DNA of 64,000 nt. Origin: Eledone cirrhosa (Eukaryota). The notes under the pieces are model-generated. The model was not told where the DNA came from. It worked only from the letters and a program-made list of their open reading frames with translations, and did not search any database. A program made the translations under genes and the position numbers. Where the stretch lies: the NCBI GenBank assembly GCA_964016885.1, contig OZ024755.1:39680001-39744000 (forward strand), given 5' to 3'. Positions 22,534-37,500 of this stretch are shown here, piece by piece (the first letter of the stretch is position 1; every line of letters begins with the position of its first letter).

Positions 22534-25500
22534 TTAATGTGTGATATATGTTAGTGTGTGATATATGTTAGTGTATGATATATGTTAGTGTGTGATATAT
22601 GTTAGTGTGTGATATATGTTAATGTGTGATATATGTTAGTGTGTGATATATGTTAATGTGTGATATATGTTAGTGTGTGATATATGTTAGTGTGTGATAT
22701 ATGTTAGTGTGTGATATATGTTAGTGTGTGATATATGTTAGTGTGTGATATATGTTAGTGTGTGATATATGTTAGTGTGTGATATATGTTAGTGTGTGAT
22801 ATATGTTAGTGTGTGATATATGTTAGTGTGTGATATATGTTAGTGTGTGATATATGTTAGTGTGTGATATATGTTAGTGTGTGATATATGTTAGTGTGTG
22901 ATATATGTTAGTGTGTGATATATGTTAGTGTGTGATATATTTTAGTGTGTGATATATGTTAGTGTGCGATATATGTTAGTGTGTGATATATGTTAGTGTG
23001 TGATATATGTTAGTGTGTGATATATTTTAGTGTGTGATATATGTTAGTGTGCGATATATGTTAGTGTGTGATATATGTTAGTGTGTGATATATTTTAGTG
23101 TGTGATATATGTTAGTGTGTGATATATGTTAGTGTGTGATATATGTTAATGTGTGATATATGTTAGTGTGTGATATATGTTAGTGTGTGATATATGTTAA
23201 TGTGTGATATATGTTAGTGTGTGATATATGTTAGTGTGTGGTATATGTTAGTGTGTGATATATGTTAGTGTGTGATATATGTTAGTGTGTGATATATGTT
23301 AATGTGTGATATATGTTAGTGTGTGATATATGTTAGTGTGTGGTATATGTTAGTGTGTGATATATGTTAGTGTGTGATATATGTTAGTGTGTGATATATG
23401 TTAATGTGTGATATATGTTAGTGTGTAATATATGTTAATGTGTGATATATGTTAGTGAGTGATATATGTTAGTGTGTGATATATGTTAGTGTGTAATATA
23501 TGTTAGTGTGTGATATATGTTAGTGAGTGATATATGTTAATGTGTGATATATGTTAGTGTGTGATATATGTTAGTGTGTAATATATTTTAGTATGTGATA
23601 TATGTTAGTGTGTGATATAAGTTAGTGTGTGATATATGTTAGTGTATGATATATGTTAGTGTGTGATATATGTTAGTGTGTGATATAAGTTAGTGTGTGA
23701 TATATGTTAGTGTGTGATATGTGTTAGTGTGTGATATATGTTAGTGTGTGATATACGTTAGTGTGTGATATATGTTAGTGTGTGATATATGTTAGTGTGT
23801 GATATATGTTAGTGTGTGATATATGTTAGTGTGTGATATATGTTAGTGTGTGATATATTTTAGTGTGTGATATATGTTAGTGTGTGATATATGTTAGTGT
23901 GTGATATATGTTAGTGTGTGATATATGTTAGTGTGTGATATATTTTAGTGTGTGATATATGTTAGTGTGCGATATATGTTAGTGTGTGATATATGTTAGT
24001 GTGTGATATATTTTAGTGTGTGATATATGTTAGTGTGTGATATATGTTAGTGTGTGATATATGTTAATGTGTGATATATGTTAGTGTGTGATATATGTTA
24101 ATGTGTGATATATGTTAGTGTGTGATATATGTTAGTGTGTGATATATGTTAGTGTGTGATATATGTTAATGTATAATATATGTTAGTGTGTGATATATGT
24201 TAATGTGTGATATATGTTAGTGTGTGGTATATGTTAGTGTGTGATATATGTTAGTGTGTGATATATGTTAGTGTGTGATATATGTTAATGTGTGATATAT
24301 GTTAGTGTGTAATATATGTTAATGTGTGATATATGTTAATGAGTGATATATGTTAGTGTGTGATATATGTTAGTGTGTAATATATGTTAGTGTGTGATAT
24401 ATGTTAGTGAGTGATATATGTTAATGTGTGATATATGTTAGTGTGTGATATATGTGAGTGTGTAATATATTTTAGTATGTGATATATGTTAGTGTGTGAT
24501 ATAAGTTAGTGTGTGATATATGTTAGTGTATGATATATGTTAGTGTGTAATATATGTTAGTGTGTGATATAAGTTAGTGTGTGATATATGTTAGTGTGTG
24601 ATATGTGTTAGTGTGTGATATATGTTAGTGTGTGATATACGTTAGTGTGTGATATATGTTAGTGTGTGATATATGTTAGTGTGTGATATATGTTAGTGTG
24701 TGATATATGTTAGTGTGTGATATATGTTAGTGTGTGATATATTTTAGTGTGTGATATATGTTAGTGTGTGATATATGTTAGTGTGTGATATATGTTAGTG
24801 TGTGATATATGTTAGTGTGTGATATATTTTAGTGTGTGATATATGTTAGTGTGCGATATATGTTAGTGTGTGATATATGTTAGTGTGTGATATATTTTAG
24901 TGTGTGATATATGTTAGTGTGTGATATATGTTAGTGTGTGATATATGTTAATGTGTGATATATGTTAGTGTGTGATATATGTTAATGTGTGATATATGTT
25001 AGTGTGTGATATATGTTAGTGTGTGATATATGTTAGTGTGTGATATATGTTAATGTATAATATATATTAGTGTGTGATATATGTTAATGTGTGATATATG
25101 TTAGTGTGTGATATATGTTAGTGTGTGATATATGTTACTGTGTGATATATGTTAGTGTGTGATATATGTTAGTGTGTGATATATGTTAGTGTGTGATATA
25201 TGTTAATGTGTGATATATGTTAGTGTGTGATATATGTTAGTGTGTGATATATGTTAGTGTGTGATATATGTTAGTGTGTGATATATGTTAGTGTGTGATA
25301 TATGTTAGTGTGTAATATATCTTAGTGTGTGGTATATGTTAGTGTGTGATATAAGTTAGTGTGTGATATATGTTAGTGTGTGATATATTTTAGTGTGTGA
25401 TATATGTTAGTGTGTGATATATGTTAATGTGTGATATATGTTAGTGTGTGATATATGTTAGTGTGTGATATATGTTAGTGTGTGATATATGTTAATGTGT

Positions 25501-28500
25501 GATATATGTTAGTGTGTGATATATGTTAGTGTGTGATATATGTTAATGTGTGATATATGTTAGTGTGTGATATATGTTAATTTGTGATATATGTTAGCGT
25601 GTGATATATGTTAGTGTGTGATATATGTTAGTGTGTGATATATGTTAGTGTGTGATATATGTTAGTGTGTAATATATGTTAGTTTGTGATATATGTTAGT
25701 GAGTGATATATGTTAATGTGTGATATATGTTAGTGTGTGATATATGTTAGTGTGTAATATATTTTAGTATGTGATATATGTTAGTGTGTGATATAAGTTA
25801 GTGTGTGATATATGTTAGTGTATGATATATGTTAGTGTGTGATATATGTTAGTGTGTGATATAAGTTAGTGTGTGATATATGTTAGTGTGTGATATATGT
25901 TAGTGTGTGATATATGTTAGTGTGTGATATACGTTAGTGTGTGATATATGTCAGTGTGTGATATATGTTAGTGTATGATATATGTTAGTGTGTGATATAT
26001 GTTAGTTTGTGATATATTTTGGTGTGTGATATATGTTAGTGTGTAATATATGTTAGTGTGTGATATATGTTAGTGTGTGATATATGATAGTGTGTGATAT
26101 ATGTTAGTGTGTGATATATGTTAGTGTGTGATATATGTTAGTGTGTGATATATGATAGTGTGTGATATATGTTAGTGTGTGATATATGTTAGTGTGTGAT
26201 ATATGTTAGTGTGTGATATATGTTAATGTGTGATATATGTTAGTGTGTGATATATGTTAGTGTGTGATATATGTTAGTGTGTGATATATGTTAATGTATA
26301 ATATATATTAGTGTGTGATATATGTTAATGTGTGATATATGTTAGTGTGTGATATATGTTAGTGTGTGATATATGTTACTGTGTGATATATGTTAGTGTG
26401 TGATATATGTTAGTGTGTGATATATGTTAGTGTGTGATATATGTTAATGTGTGATATATGTTAGTGTGTGATATATGTTAGTGTGTGATATATGTTAGTG
26501 TGTGATATATGTTAGTGTGTGATATATGTTAGTGTGTGATATATGTTAGTGTGTAATATATCTTAGTGTGTGGTATATGTTAGTGTGTGATATAAGTTAG
26601 TGTGTGATATATGTTAGTGTGTGATATATTTTAGTGTGTGATATATGTTAGTGTGTGATATATGTTAATGTGTGATATATGTTAGTGTGTGATATATGTT
26701 AGTGTGTGATATATGTTAGTGTGTGATATATGTTAATGTGTGATATATGTTAGTGTGTGATATATGTTAGTGTGTGATATATGTTAATGTGTGATATATG
26801 TTAGTGTGTGATATATGTTAATTTGTGATATATGTTAGCGTGTGATATATGTTAGTGTGTGATATATGTTAGTGTGTGATATATGTTAGTGTGTGATATA
26901 TGTTAGTGTGTAATATATGTTAGTTTGTGATATATGTTAGTGAGTGATATATGTTAATGTGTGATATATGTTAGTGTGTGATATATGTTAGTGTGTAATA
27001 TATTTTAGTATGTGATATATGTTAGTGTGTGATATAAGTTAGTGTGTGATATATGTTAGTGTATGATATATGTTAGTGTGTGATATATGTTAGTGTGTGA
27101 TATAAGTTAGTGTGTGATATATGTTAGTGTGTGATATATGTTAGTGTGTGATATATGTTAGTGTGTGATATACGTTAGTGTGTGATATATGTCAGTGTGT
27201 GATATATGTTAGTGTATGATATATGTTAGTGTGTGATATATGTTAGTGTGTGATATATTTTGGTGTGTGATATATGTTAGTGTGTAATATATGTTAGTGT
27301 GTGATATATGTTAGTGTGTGATATATGATAGTGTGTGATATATGTTAGTGTGTGATATATGTTAGTGTGTGATATATGTTAGTGTGTGATATATGATAGT
27401 GTGTGATATATGTTAGTGTGTGATATATGTTAGTGTGTGATATATGTTAGTGTGTGATATATTTTGGTGTGTGATATATGTTAGTGTGTAATATATGTTA
27501 GTGTGTGATATATGTTAGTGTGTGATATATGTTAGTGTGTAATATATGTTAGTGTGTGATATATGTTAGTGTGTGATATATGTTATTGTGTAACATATGT
27601 TAGTGTGTGTATATGTTAGTGTGTAATATATGTTAGTGTGTAAATATATTTTGGTGTATGATATATGTTAGTGTGTGATATATGTTAGTGTATAATATAT
27701 GTTACTGTGTGATATATGTTAGTGTGTGATATATGTTAGTGCGTGATATATGGTAGTGTGTGATAATGTGTGATATATGTTAGTGTGTGATATATGATAG
27801 TGTGTGATATATGATAGTGTGTGATATATGTTAGTGTGCGATATATGTTAGTGTGTGATATATGTTAGTGTGTGATATATGTTAGTGTGTAAATATGTTA
27901 GTGTGTGATATATGTTAGTGTGTGATATATGATAGTGTGTGATATATGTTAGTGTGTGATATATGTTAGTGTGTGATATATGTTAGTGTGTGATATATGA
28001 TAGTGTGTGATATATGTTAGTGTGTGATATATGTTAGTGTGTGATATATGTTAGTGTGTGATATAATTTAGTGTGTCATATATGTTAGTGTGTGATATAT
28101 GTTAGTGTGTAATATATTTTAGTGTGTGATATATTTTAGTGTGTGATATATGTTAGTGTGTGATATATGTTAGTGTGTGATATATTTTAGTGTGTGATAT
28201 ATGTTAGTGTGTGATATATGTTAGTGTGTGATATATGTTAGTGTGTGATATATGTTAGTGTGTGATATATGTTAGTGTGTGATATATGTTAGTGTGTGAT
28301 ATATGTTAGTGTGTGATATATGTTAATGTGTGATATATGTTAGTGTGTGATATATGTTAATGTGTGATATATGTTAGTGTGTGATATATGTTAGTGTGTT
28401 ATATATGTTAGTGTGTGATATATGTTAGTGTGTGATATATGTTAATGTGTGATATATGTTAGTGTGTGATATATGTTAATGTGTGATATATGTTAGTGTG

Positions 28501-31500
28501 TGATATATGTTAGTGTGTGATATATGTTAATGTGTGATATATGTTAGTGTGTGATATATGTTAGTGTGTGATATATGTTAATGTGTGATATATGTTAGTG
28601 TGTGATATATGTTAATTTGTGATATATGTTAGCGTGTGATATATGTTAGTGTGTGATATATGTTAGTGTGTGATATATGTTAGTGTGTGATATATGTTAG
28701 TGTGTAATATATGTCAGTTTGTGATATATGTTAGTGAGTGATATATGTTAATGTGTGATATATGTTAGTGTGTGATATATGTTAGTGTGTAATATATTTT
28801 AGTATGTGATATATGTTAGTGTGTGATATAAGTTAGTGTGTGATATATGTTAGTGTATGATATATGTTAGTGTGTGATATATGTTAGTGTGTGATATAAG
28901 TTAGTGTGTGATATATGTTAGTGTGTGATATATGTTAGTGTGTGATATATGTTAGTGTGTGATATACGTTAGTGTGTGATATATGTCAGTGTGTGATATA
29001 TGTTAGTGTATGATATATGTTAGTGTGTGATATATGTTAGTGTGTGATATATTTTGGTGTGTGATATATGTTAGTGTGTAATATATGTTAGTGTGTGATA
29101 TATGTTAGTGTGTGATATATGATAGTGTGTGATATATGTTAGTGTGTGATATATGTTAGTGTGTGATATATGTTATTGTGTGATATATGATAGTGTGTGA
29201 TATATGTTAGTGTGTGATATATGTTAGTGTGTGATATATGTTAGTGTGTGATATATGTTAATGTGTGATATATGTTAGTGTGTGATATATGTTAGTGTGT
29301 GATATATGTTAGTGTGTGATATATGTTAATGTATAATATATATTAGTGTGTGATATATGTTAATGTGTGATATATGTTAGTGTGTGATATATGTTAGTGT
29401 GTGATATATGTTACTGTGTGATATATGTTAGTGTGTGATATATGTTAGTGTGTGATATATGTTAGTGTGTGATATATGTTAATGTGTGATATATGTTAGT
29501 GTGTGATATATGTTAGTGTGTGATATATGTTAGTGTGTGATATATGTTAGTGTGTGATATATGTTAGTGTGTGATATATGTTAGTGTGTAATATATCTTA
29601 GTGTGTGGTATATGTTAGTGTGTGATATAAGTTAGTGTGTGATATATGTTAGTGTGTGATATATTTTAGTGTGTGATATATGTTAGTGTGTGATATATGT
29701 TAATGTGTGATATATGTTAGTGTGTGATATATGTTAGTGTGTGATATATGTTAGTGTGTGATATATGTTAATGTGTGATATATGTTAGTGTGTGATATAT
29801 GTTAGTGTGTGATATATGTTAATGTGTGATATATGTTAGTGTGTGATATATGTTAATTTGTGATATATGTTAGCGTGTGATATATGTTAGTGTGTGATAT
29901 ATGTTAGTGTGTGATATATGTTAGTGTGTGATATATGTTAGTGTGTAATATATGTTAGTTTGTGATATATGTTAGTGAGTGATATATGTTAATGTGTGAT
30001 ATATGTTAGTGTGTGATATATGTTAGTGTGTAATATATTTTAGTATGTGATATATGTTAGTGTGTGATATAAGTTAGTGTGTGATATATGTTAGTGTATG
30101 ATATATGTTAGTGTGTGATATATGTTAGTGTGTGATATAAGTTAGTGTGTGATATATGTTAGTGTGTGATATATGTTAGTGTGTGATATATGTTAGTGTG
30201 TGATATACGTTAGTGTGTGATATATGTCAGTGTGTGATATATGTTAGTGTATGATATATGTTAGTGTGTGATATATGTTAGTGTGTGATATATTTTGGTG
30301 TGTGATATATGTTAGTGTGTAATATATGTTAGTGTGTGATATATGTTAGTGTGTGATATATGATAGTGTGTGATATATGTTAGTGTGTGATATATGTTAG
30401 TGTGTGATATATGTTAGTGTGTGATATATGATAGTGTGTGATATATGTTAGTGTGTGATATATGTTAGTGTGTGATATATGTTAGTGTGTGATATATTTT
30501 GGTGTGTGATATATGTTAGTGTGTAATATATGTTAGTGTGTGATATATGTTAGTGTGTGATATATGTTAGTGTGTAATATATGTTAGTGTGTGATATATG
30601 TTAGTGTGTGATATATGTTAGTGTGTAACATATGTTAGTGTGTGTATATGTTAGTGTGTAATATATGTTAGTGTGTAAATATATTTTGGTGTATGATATA
30701 TGTTAGTGTGTGATATATGTTAGTGTATAATATATGTTACTGTGTGATATATGTTAGTGTGTGATATATGTTAGTGCGTGATATATGGTAGTGTGTGATA
30801 ATGTGTGATATATGTTAGTGTGTGATATATGATAGTGTGTGATATATGATAGTGTGTGATATATGTTAGTGTGCGATATATGTTAGTGTGTGATATATGT
30901 TAGTGTGTGATATATGTTAGTGTGTAAATATGTTAGTGTGTGATATATGTTAGTGTGTGATATATGATAGTGTGTGATATATGTTAGTGTGTGATATATG
31001 TTAGTGTGTGATATATGTTAGAGTGTGATATATGATAGTGTGTGATATATGTTAGTGTGTGATATATGTTAGTGTGTGATATATGTTAGTGTGTGATATA
31101 ATTTAGTGTGTCATATATGTTAGTGTGTGATATATGTTAGTGTGTAATATATTTTAGTGTGTGATATATTTTAGTGTGTGATATATGTTAGTGTGTGATA
31201 TATGTTAGTGTGTGATATATTTTAGTGTGTGATATATGTTAGTGTGTGATATATGTTAGTGTGTGATATATGTTAGTGTGTGATATATGTTAGTGTGTGA
31301 TATATGTTAGTGTGTGATATATGTTAGTGTGTGATATATGTTAGTGTGTGATATATGTTAATGTGTGATATATGTTAGTGTGTGATATATGTTAATGTGT
31401 GATATATGTTAGTGTGTGATATATGTTAGTGTGTTATATATGTTAGTGTGTGATATATGTTAGTGTGTGATATATGTTAATGTGTGATATATGTTAGTGT

Positions 31501-34500
31501 GTGATATATGTTAATGTGTGATATATGTTAGTGTGTGATATATGTTAGTGTGTGATATATGTTAATGTGTGATATATGTTAGTGTGTGATATATGTTAGT
31601 GTGTGATATATGTTAGTGTGTGTTATATGTTAATGTGTGATATATGTTAGTGTGTGATATATGTTAATGTGTGATATATGTTAGTGTGTGATATATGTTA
31701 ATGTGTGATATATGTTAGTGTGTGATATATGTTAGTGTGTTATATATGTTAGTGTGTGATATATGTTAGTGTGTGATATATGTTAATGTGTGATATATGT
31801 TAGCGTGTGATATATGTTAATGTGTGATATATGTTAGTGTGTGATATATGTTAGTGTGTGATATATGTTAATGTGTGATATATGTTAGTGTGTGATATAT
31901 GTTAGTGTGTGATATATGTTAGTGTGTGTTATATGTTAATGTGTGATATATGTTAGTGTGTGATATATGTTAGTGTGTGATATATGTTAGTGTGTGATAT
32001 ATGTTAGTGTGTGATATATGTTAGTGTGTGGTATATGTTAGTGTGTGATATAAGTTAGTGTGTGATATATGTTAGTGTGTGATATATTTTAGTGTGTGAT
32101 ATATGTTAGTGTGTGATATATGTTAATGTGTGATATATGTTAGTGTATGATATATGTTAATGTGTGATATATGTTAGTGTGTGATATATGTTAGTGTGTG
32201 ATATATGTTAGTGTGTGATATATGTTAATGTGTGATATATGTTAGTGTGTGATATATATTAGTGTGTGATATATGTTAGTGTGTGATATATGTTAGTGTG
32301 TGATATATGTTAGTCTGTGATATATGTTAGTGTGTAATATATCTTAGTGTGTGGTATATGTTAGTGTGTGATATAAGTTAGTGTGTGATATATGTTAGTG
32401 TGTGATATATTTTAGTGTGTGATATATGTTAGTGTGTGATATATGTTAGTGTGTGATATATGTTAGTGGGTGATATATGATAGTGTGTGATATATGTTAG
32501 TGTGTGATATATGTTAGTGTGTGATATATGTTAGTGTGTGATATATTTTGGTGTGTGATATATGTTAGTGTGTAATATATGTTAGTGTGTGATATATGTT
32601 AGTGTGTGATATATGTTAGTGTGTAATATATGTTAGTGTGTGATATATGTTAGTGTGTGATATATGTTAGTGTGTAACATATGTTAGTGTGTGTATATGT
32701 TAGTGTGTAATATATGTTAGTGTGTAAATATATTTTGGTGTATGATATATGTTAGTGTGTGATATATGTTAATGTGTGATATATGTTAGTGTGTGATATA
32801 TGTTAGTGTATAATATATGATACTGTGTGATATATGTTAGTGTGTGATATATGTTAGTGCGTGATATATGGTAGTGTGTGATAATGTGTGATATATGTTA
32901 GTGTGTGATATATGATAGTGTGTGATATATGATAGTGTGTGATATATGATAGTGTGTGATATATGTTAGTGTGTGATATATGTTAGTGTGTGATATATGT
33001 TAATGTGTGATATATGTTAGTGTGTGATATATGTTAGTGTGTGATATATGTTAATGTGTGATATATGTTACTGTGTGATATATGCTAGTGTGTGATATAT
33101 GTTAGTGTGTGATATATGTTAGTGTGTGATATATGTTAGTGTGTAATATATGTTAGTGTGTGATATATGTTAGTGAGTGATATATGTTAATGTGTGATAT
33201 ATGTTAGTGTGTGATATATGTTAGTGTGTGAAATATGTTAGTGTGTGATATATGTTAGTGTGTGATATATGTTAGTGTGTGATATATGTTAGTGTGTGAT
33301 ATATGTTAGTGTGTAATATATCTTAGTGTGTGGTATATGTTAGTGTGTGATATAAGTTAGTGTGTGATATATGTTAGTGTGTGATATATTTTAGTGTGTG
33401 ATATATGTTAGTGTGTGATATATGTTAATGTGTGATATATGTTAGTGTGTGATATATGTTAGTGTGTGATATATGTTAGTGTGTGATATATGTTAGTGTG
33501 TAATATATTTTAGTATGTGATATATGTTACTGTATGATATAAGTTAGTGTGTGATATATGTTAGTGTATGATATATGTCAGTGTGTGATATATGTTAGTG
33601 TATGATATATGTTAGTGTGTGATATATGTTAGTGTGTGATATATTTTGGTGTGTGATATATGTTCGTGTGTAATATATGTTAGTGTGTGATATATGTTAG
33701 TGTGTGATATATGATAGTGTGTGATATATGTTAATGTGTGATATATGTTAGTGTGTGATATATGTTGGTGTGTGATATATGATAGTGTGTGATATATGTT
33801 AGTGTGTGATATATGTTAGTGAGTGATATATGTTAATGTGTGATATATGTTAGTGTGTGATATATGTTAGTGTGTGATATATGTTAGTGTGTGATATATG
33901 TTAGTGTGTGATATATGTTAGTGTGTGATATATGTTAGTGTGTAATATATCTTAGTGTGTGGTATATGTTAGTGTGTGATATAAGTTAGTGTGTGATATA
34001 TGTTAGTGTGTGATATATTTTAGTGTGTGATATATGTTAGTGTGTGATATATGTTAGTGTGTGATATATGTTAATGTGTGATATATCTTAGTGTGTGATA
34101 TATGTTAATTTGTGATATATGTTAGTGTGTGATATATGTTAGTGTGTGATATATGTTAGTGTGTGATATATTTTAGTGTGTGATATATGTTAGTGTGTGA
34201 TATATGTTAGTGTGTGATATATGTTAGTGTGTGATATATGTTAGTGTGTGATATATGTTAGTGTGTGATATATGTTAGTGTGTGATATATGTTAGTGTGT
34301 GATATATGTTAATGTGTGATATATGTTAGTGTGTGATATATGTTAATGTGTGATATATGTTAGTGTGCGATATATGTTAGTGTGTTATATATGTTAGTGT
34401 GTGATATATGTTAGTGTGTGATATATGTTAATGTGTGATATATGTTAGTGTGTGATATATGTTAATGTGTGATATATGTTAGTGTGTGATATATGTTAGT

Positions 34501-37500
34501 GTGTGATATATGTTAATGTGTGATATATGTTAGTGTGTGATATATGTTAGTGTGTGATATATGTTAGTGTGTGTTATATGTTAATGTGTGATATATGTTA
34601 GTGTGTGATATATGTTAATGTGTGATATATGTTAGTGTGTGATATATGTTAATGTGTGATATATGTTAGTGTGTGATATATGTTAGTGTGTTATATATGT
34701 TAGTGTGTGATATATGTTAGTGTGTGATATATGTTAATGTGTGATATATGTTAGTGTGTGATATATGTTAATGTGTGATATATGTTAGTGTGTGATATAT
34801 GTTAGTGTGTGATATATGTTAATGTGTGATATATGTTAGTGTGTGATATATGTTAGTGTGTGATATATGTTAGTGTGTGTTATATGTTAATGTGTGATAT
34901 ATGTTAGTGTGTGATATATGTTAGTGTGTGATATATGTTAGTGTGTGATATATGTTAGTGTGTGATATATGTTAGTGTGTGGTATATGTTAGTGTGTGAT
35001 ATAAGTTAGTGTGTGATATATGTTAGTGTGTGATATAAGTTAGTGTGTGATATATGTTAGTGTGTGATATATTTTAGTGTGTGATATATGTTAGTGTGTG
35101 ATATATGTTAATGTGTGATATATGTTAGTGTGTGATATATGTTAGTGTGTGATATATGTTAGTGTGTGATATATGTTAATGTGTGATATATGTTAGTGTG
35201 TGATATATGTTAATGTGTGATATATGTTAGTGTGTGATATATGTTAGTGTGTGATATATGTTAGTGTGTGATATATGTTAGTGTGTGATATATGTTAGTC
35301 TGTGATATATGTTAGTGTGTAATATATCTTAGTGTGTGGTATATGTTAGTGTGTGATATAAGTTAGTGTGTGATATATGTTAGTGTGTGATATATTTTAG
35401 TGTGTGATATATGTTAGTGTGTGATATATGTTAGTGTGTGATATATGTTAGTGTGTGATATATGATAGTGTGTGATATATGTTAGTGTGTGATATATGTT
35501 AGTGTGTGATATATGTTAGTGTGTGATATATTTTGGTGTGTGATATATGTTAGTGTGTAATATATGTTAGTGTGTGATATATGTTAGTGTGTGATATATG
35601 TTAGTGTGTAATATATGTTAGTGTGTGATATATGTTAGTGTGTGATATATGTTAGTGTGTAACATATGTTAGTGTGTGTATATGTTAGTGTGTAATATAT
35701 GTTAGTGTGTAAATATATTTTGGTGTATGATATATGTTAGTGTGTGATATATGTTAATGTGTGATATATGTTAGTGTGTGATATATGTTAGTGTATAATA
35801 TATGATAATGTGTGATATATGTTAGTGTGTGATATATGTTAGTGCGTGATATATGGTAGTGTGTGATAATGTGTGATATATGTTAGTGTGTGATATATGA
35901 TAGTGTGTGATATTTGATAGTGTGTGATATATGTTAGTTTGTGATATATGTTAGTGTGTGATATATGTTAATGTGTGATATATGTTAGTGTGTGATATAT
36001 GTTAGTGTGTGATATATGTTAGTGTGTGATATATGTTAATGTGTGATATATGTTAGTGTGTGATATATGTTAATGTGTGATATATGTTAGTGTGTGATAT
36101 ATGCTAGTGTGTGATATATGTTAGTGTGTGATATATGTTAGTGTGTGATATATGTTAGTGTGTAATATATGTTAGTGTGTGATATATGTTAGTGAGTGAT
36201 ATATGTTAATGTGTGATATATGTTAGTGTGTGATATATGTTAGTGTGTGATATATGTTAGTGTGTGATATATGTTAGTGTGTGATATATGTTAGTGTGTG
36301 ATATATGTTAGTGTGTGATATATGTTAGTGTGTAATATATCTTAGTGTGTGGTATATGTTAGTGTGTGATATAAGTTAGTGTGTGATATATGTTAGTGTG
36401 TGATATATTTTAGTGTGTGATATATGTTAGTGTGTGATATATGTTAATGTGTGATATATGTTAGTGTGTGATATATGTTAGTGTGTGATATATGTTAGTG
36501 TGTGATATATGTTAGTGTGTAATATATTTTAGTATGTGATATATGTTACTGTATGATATAAGTTAGTGTGTGATATATGTTAGTGTATGATATATGTCAG
36601 TGTGTGATATATGTTAGTGTATGATATATGTTAGTGTGTGATATATGTTAGTGTGTGATATATTTTGGTGTGTGATATACGTTAGTGTGTAATATATGTT
36701 AGTGTGTGATATAAGTTAGTGTGTGATATATGATAGTGTGTGATATATGTTAATGTGTGATATATGTTAGTGTGTGATATATGTTGGTGTGTGATATATG
36801 TTAGTGTGTGATATATGTTAGTGTGTGATATATGTTAGTGAGTGATATATGTTAATGTGTGATATATGTTAGTGTGTGATATATGTTAGTGTGTGATATA
36901 TGTTAGTGTGTGATATATGTTAGTGTGTGATATATGTTAGTGTGTGATATATGTTAGTGTGTAATATATCTTAGTGTGTGGTATATGTTAGTGTGTGATA
37001 TAAGTTAGTGTGTGATATATGTTAGTGTGTGATATATTTTAGTGTGTGATATATGTTAGTGTGTGATATATGTTAATGTGTGATATATGTTAGTGTGTGA
37101 TATATGTTAGTGTGTGATATATGTTAGTGTGTGATATATGTTAATGTGTGATATATGTTAGTGTGTGATATATGTTAGTGTGTGATATATGTTAATGTGT
37201 GATATATGTTAGTGTGTGATATATGTTAATTTGTGATATATGTTAGTGTGTGATATATGTTAGTGTGTGATATATGTTAGTGTGTGATATATGTTAGTGT
37301 GTGATATATGTTAGTGTGTAATATATGTTAGTGTGTGATATATGTTAGTGAGTGATATATGTTAATGTGTGATATATGTTAGTGTGTGATATATGTTAGT
37401 GTGTAATATATTTTAGTATGTGATATATGTTAGTGTGTGATATAAGTTAGTGTGTGATATATGTTAGTGTATGATATATGTTAGTGTGTGATATATGTTA

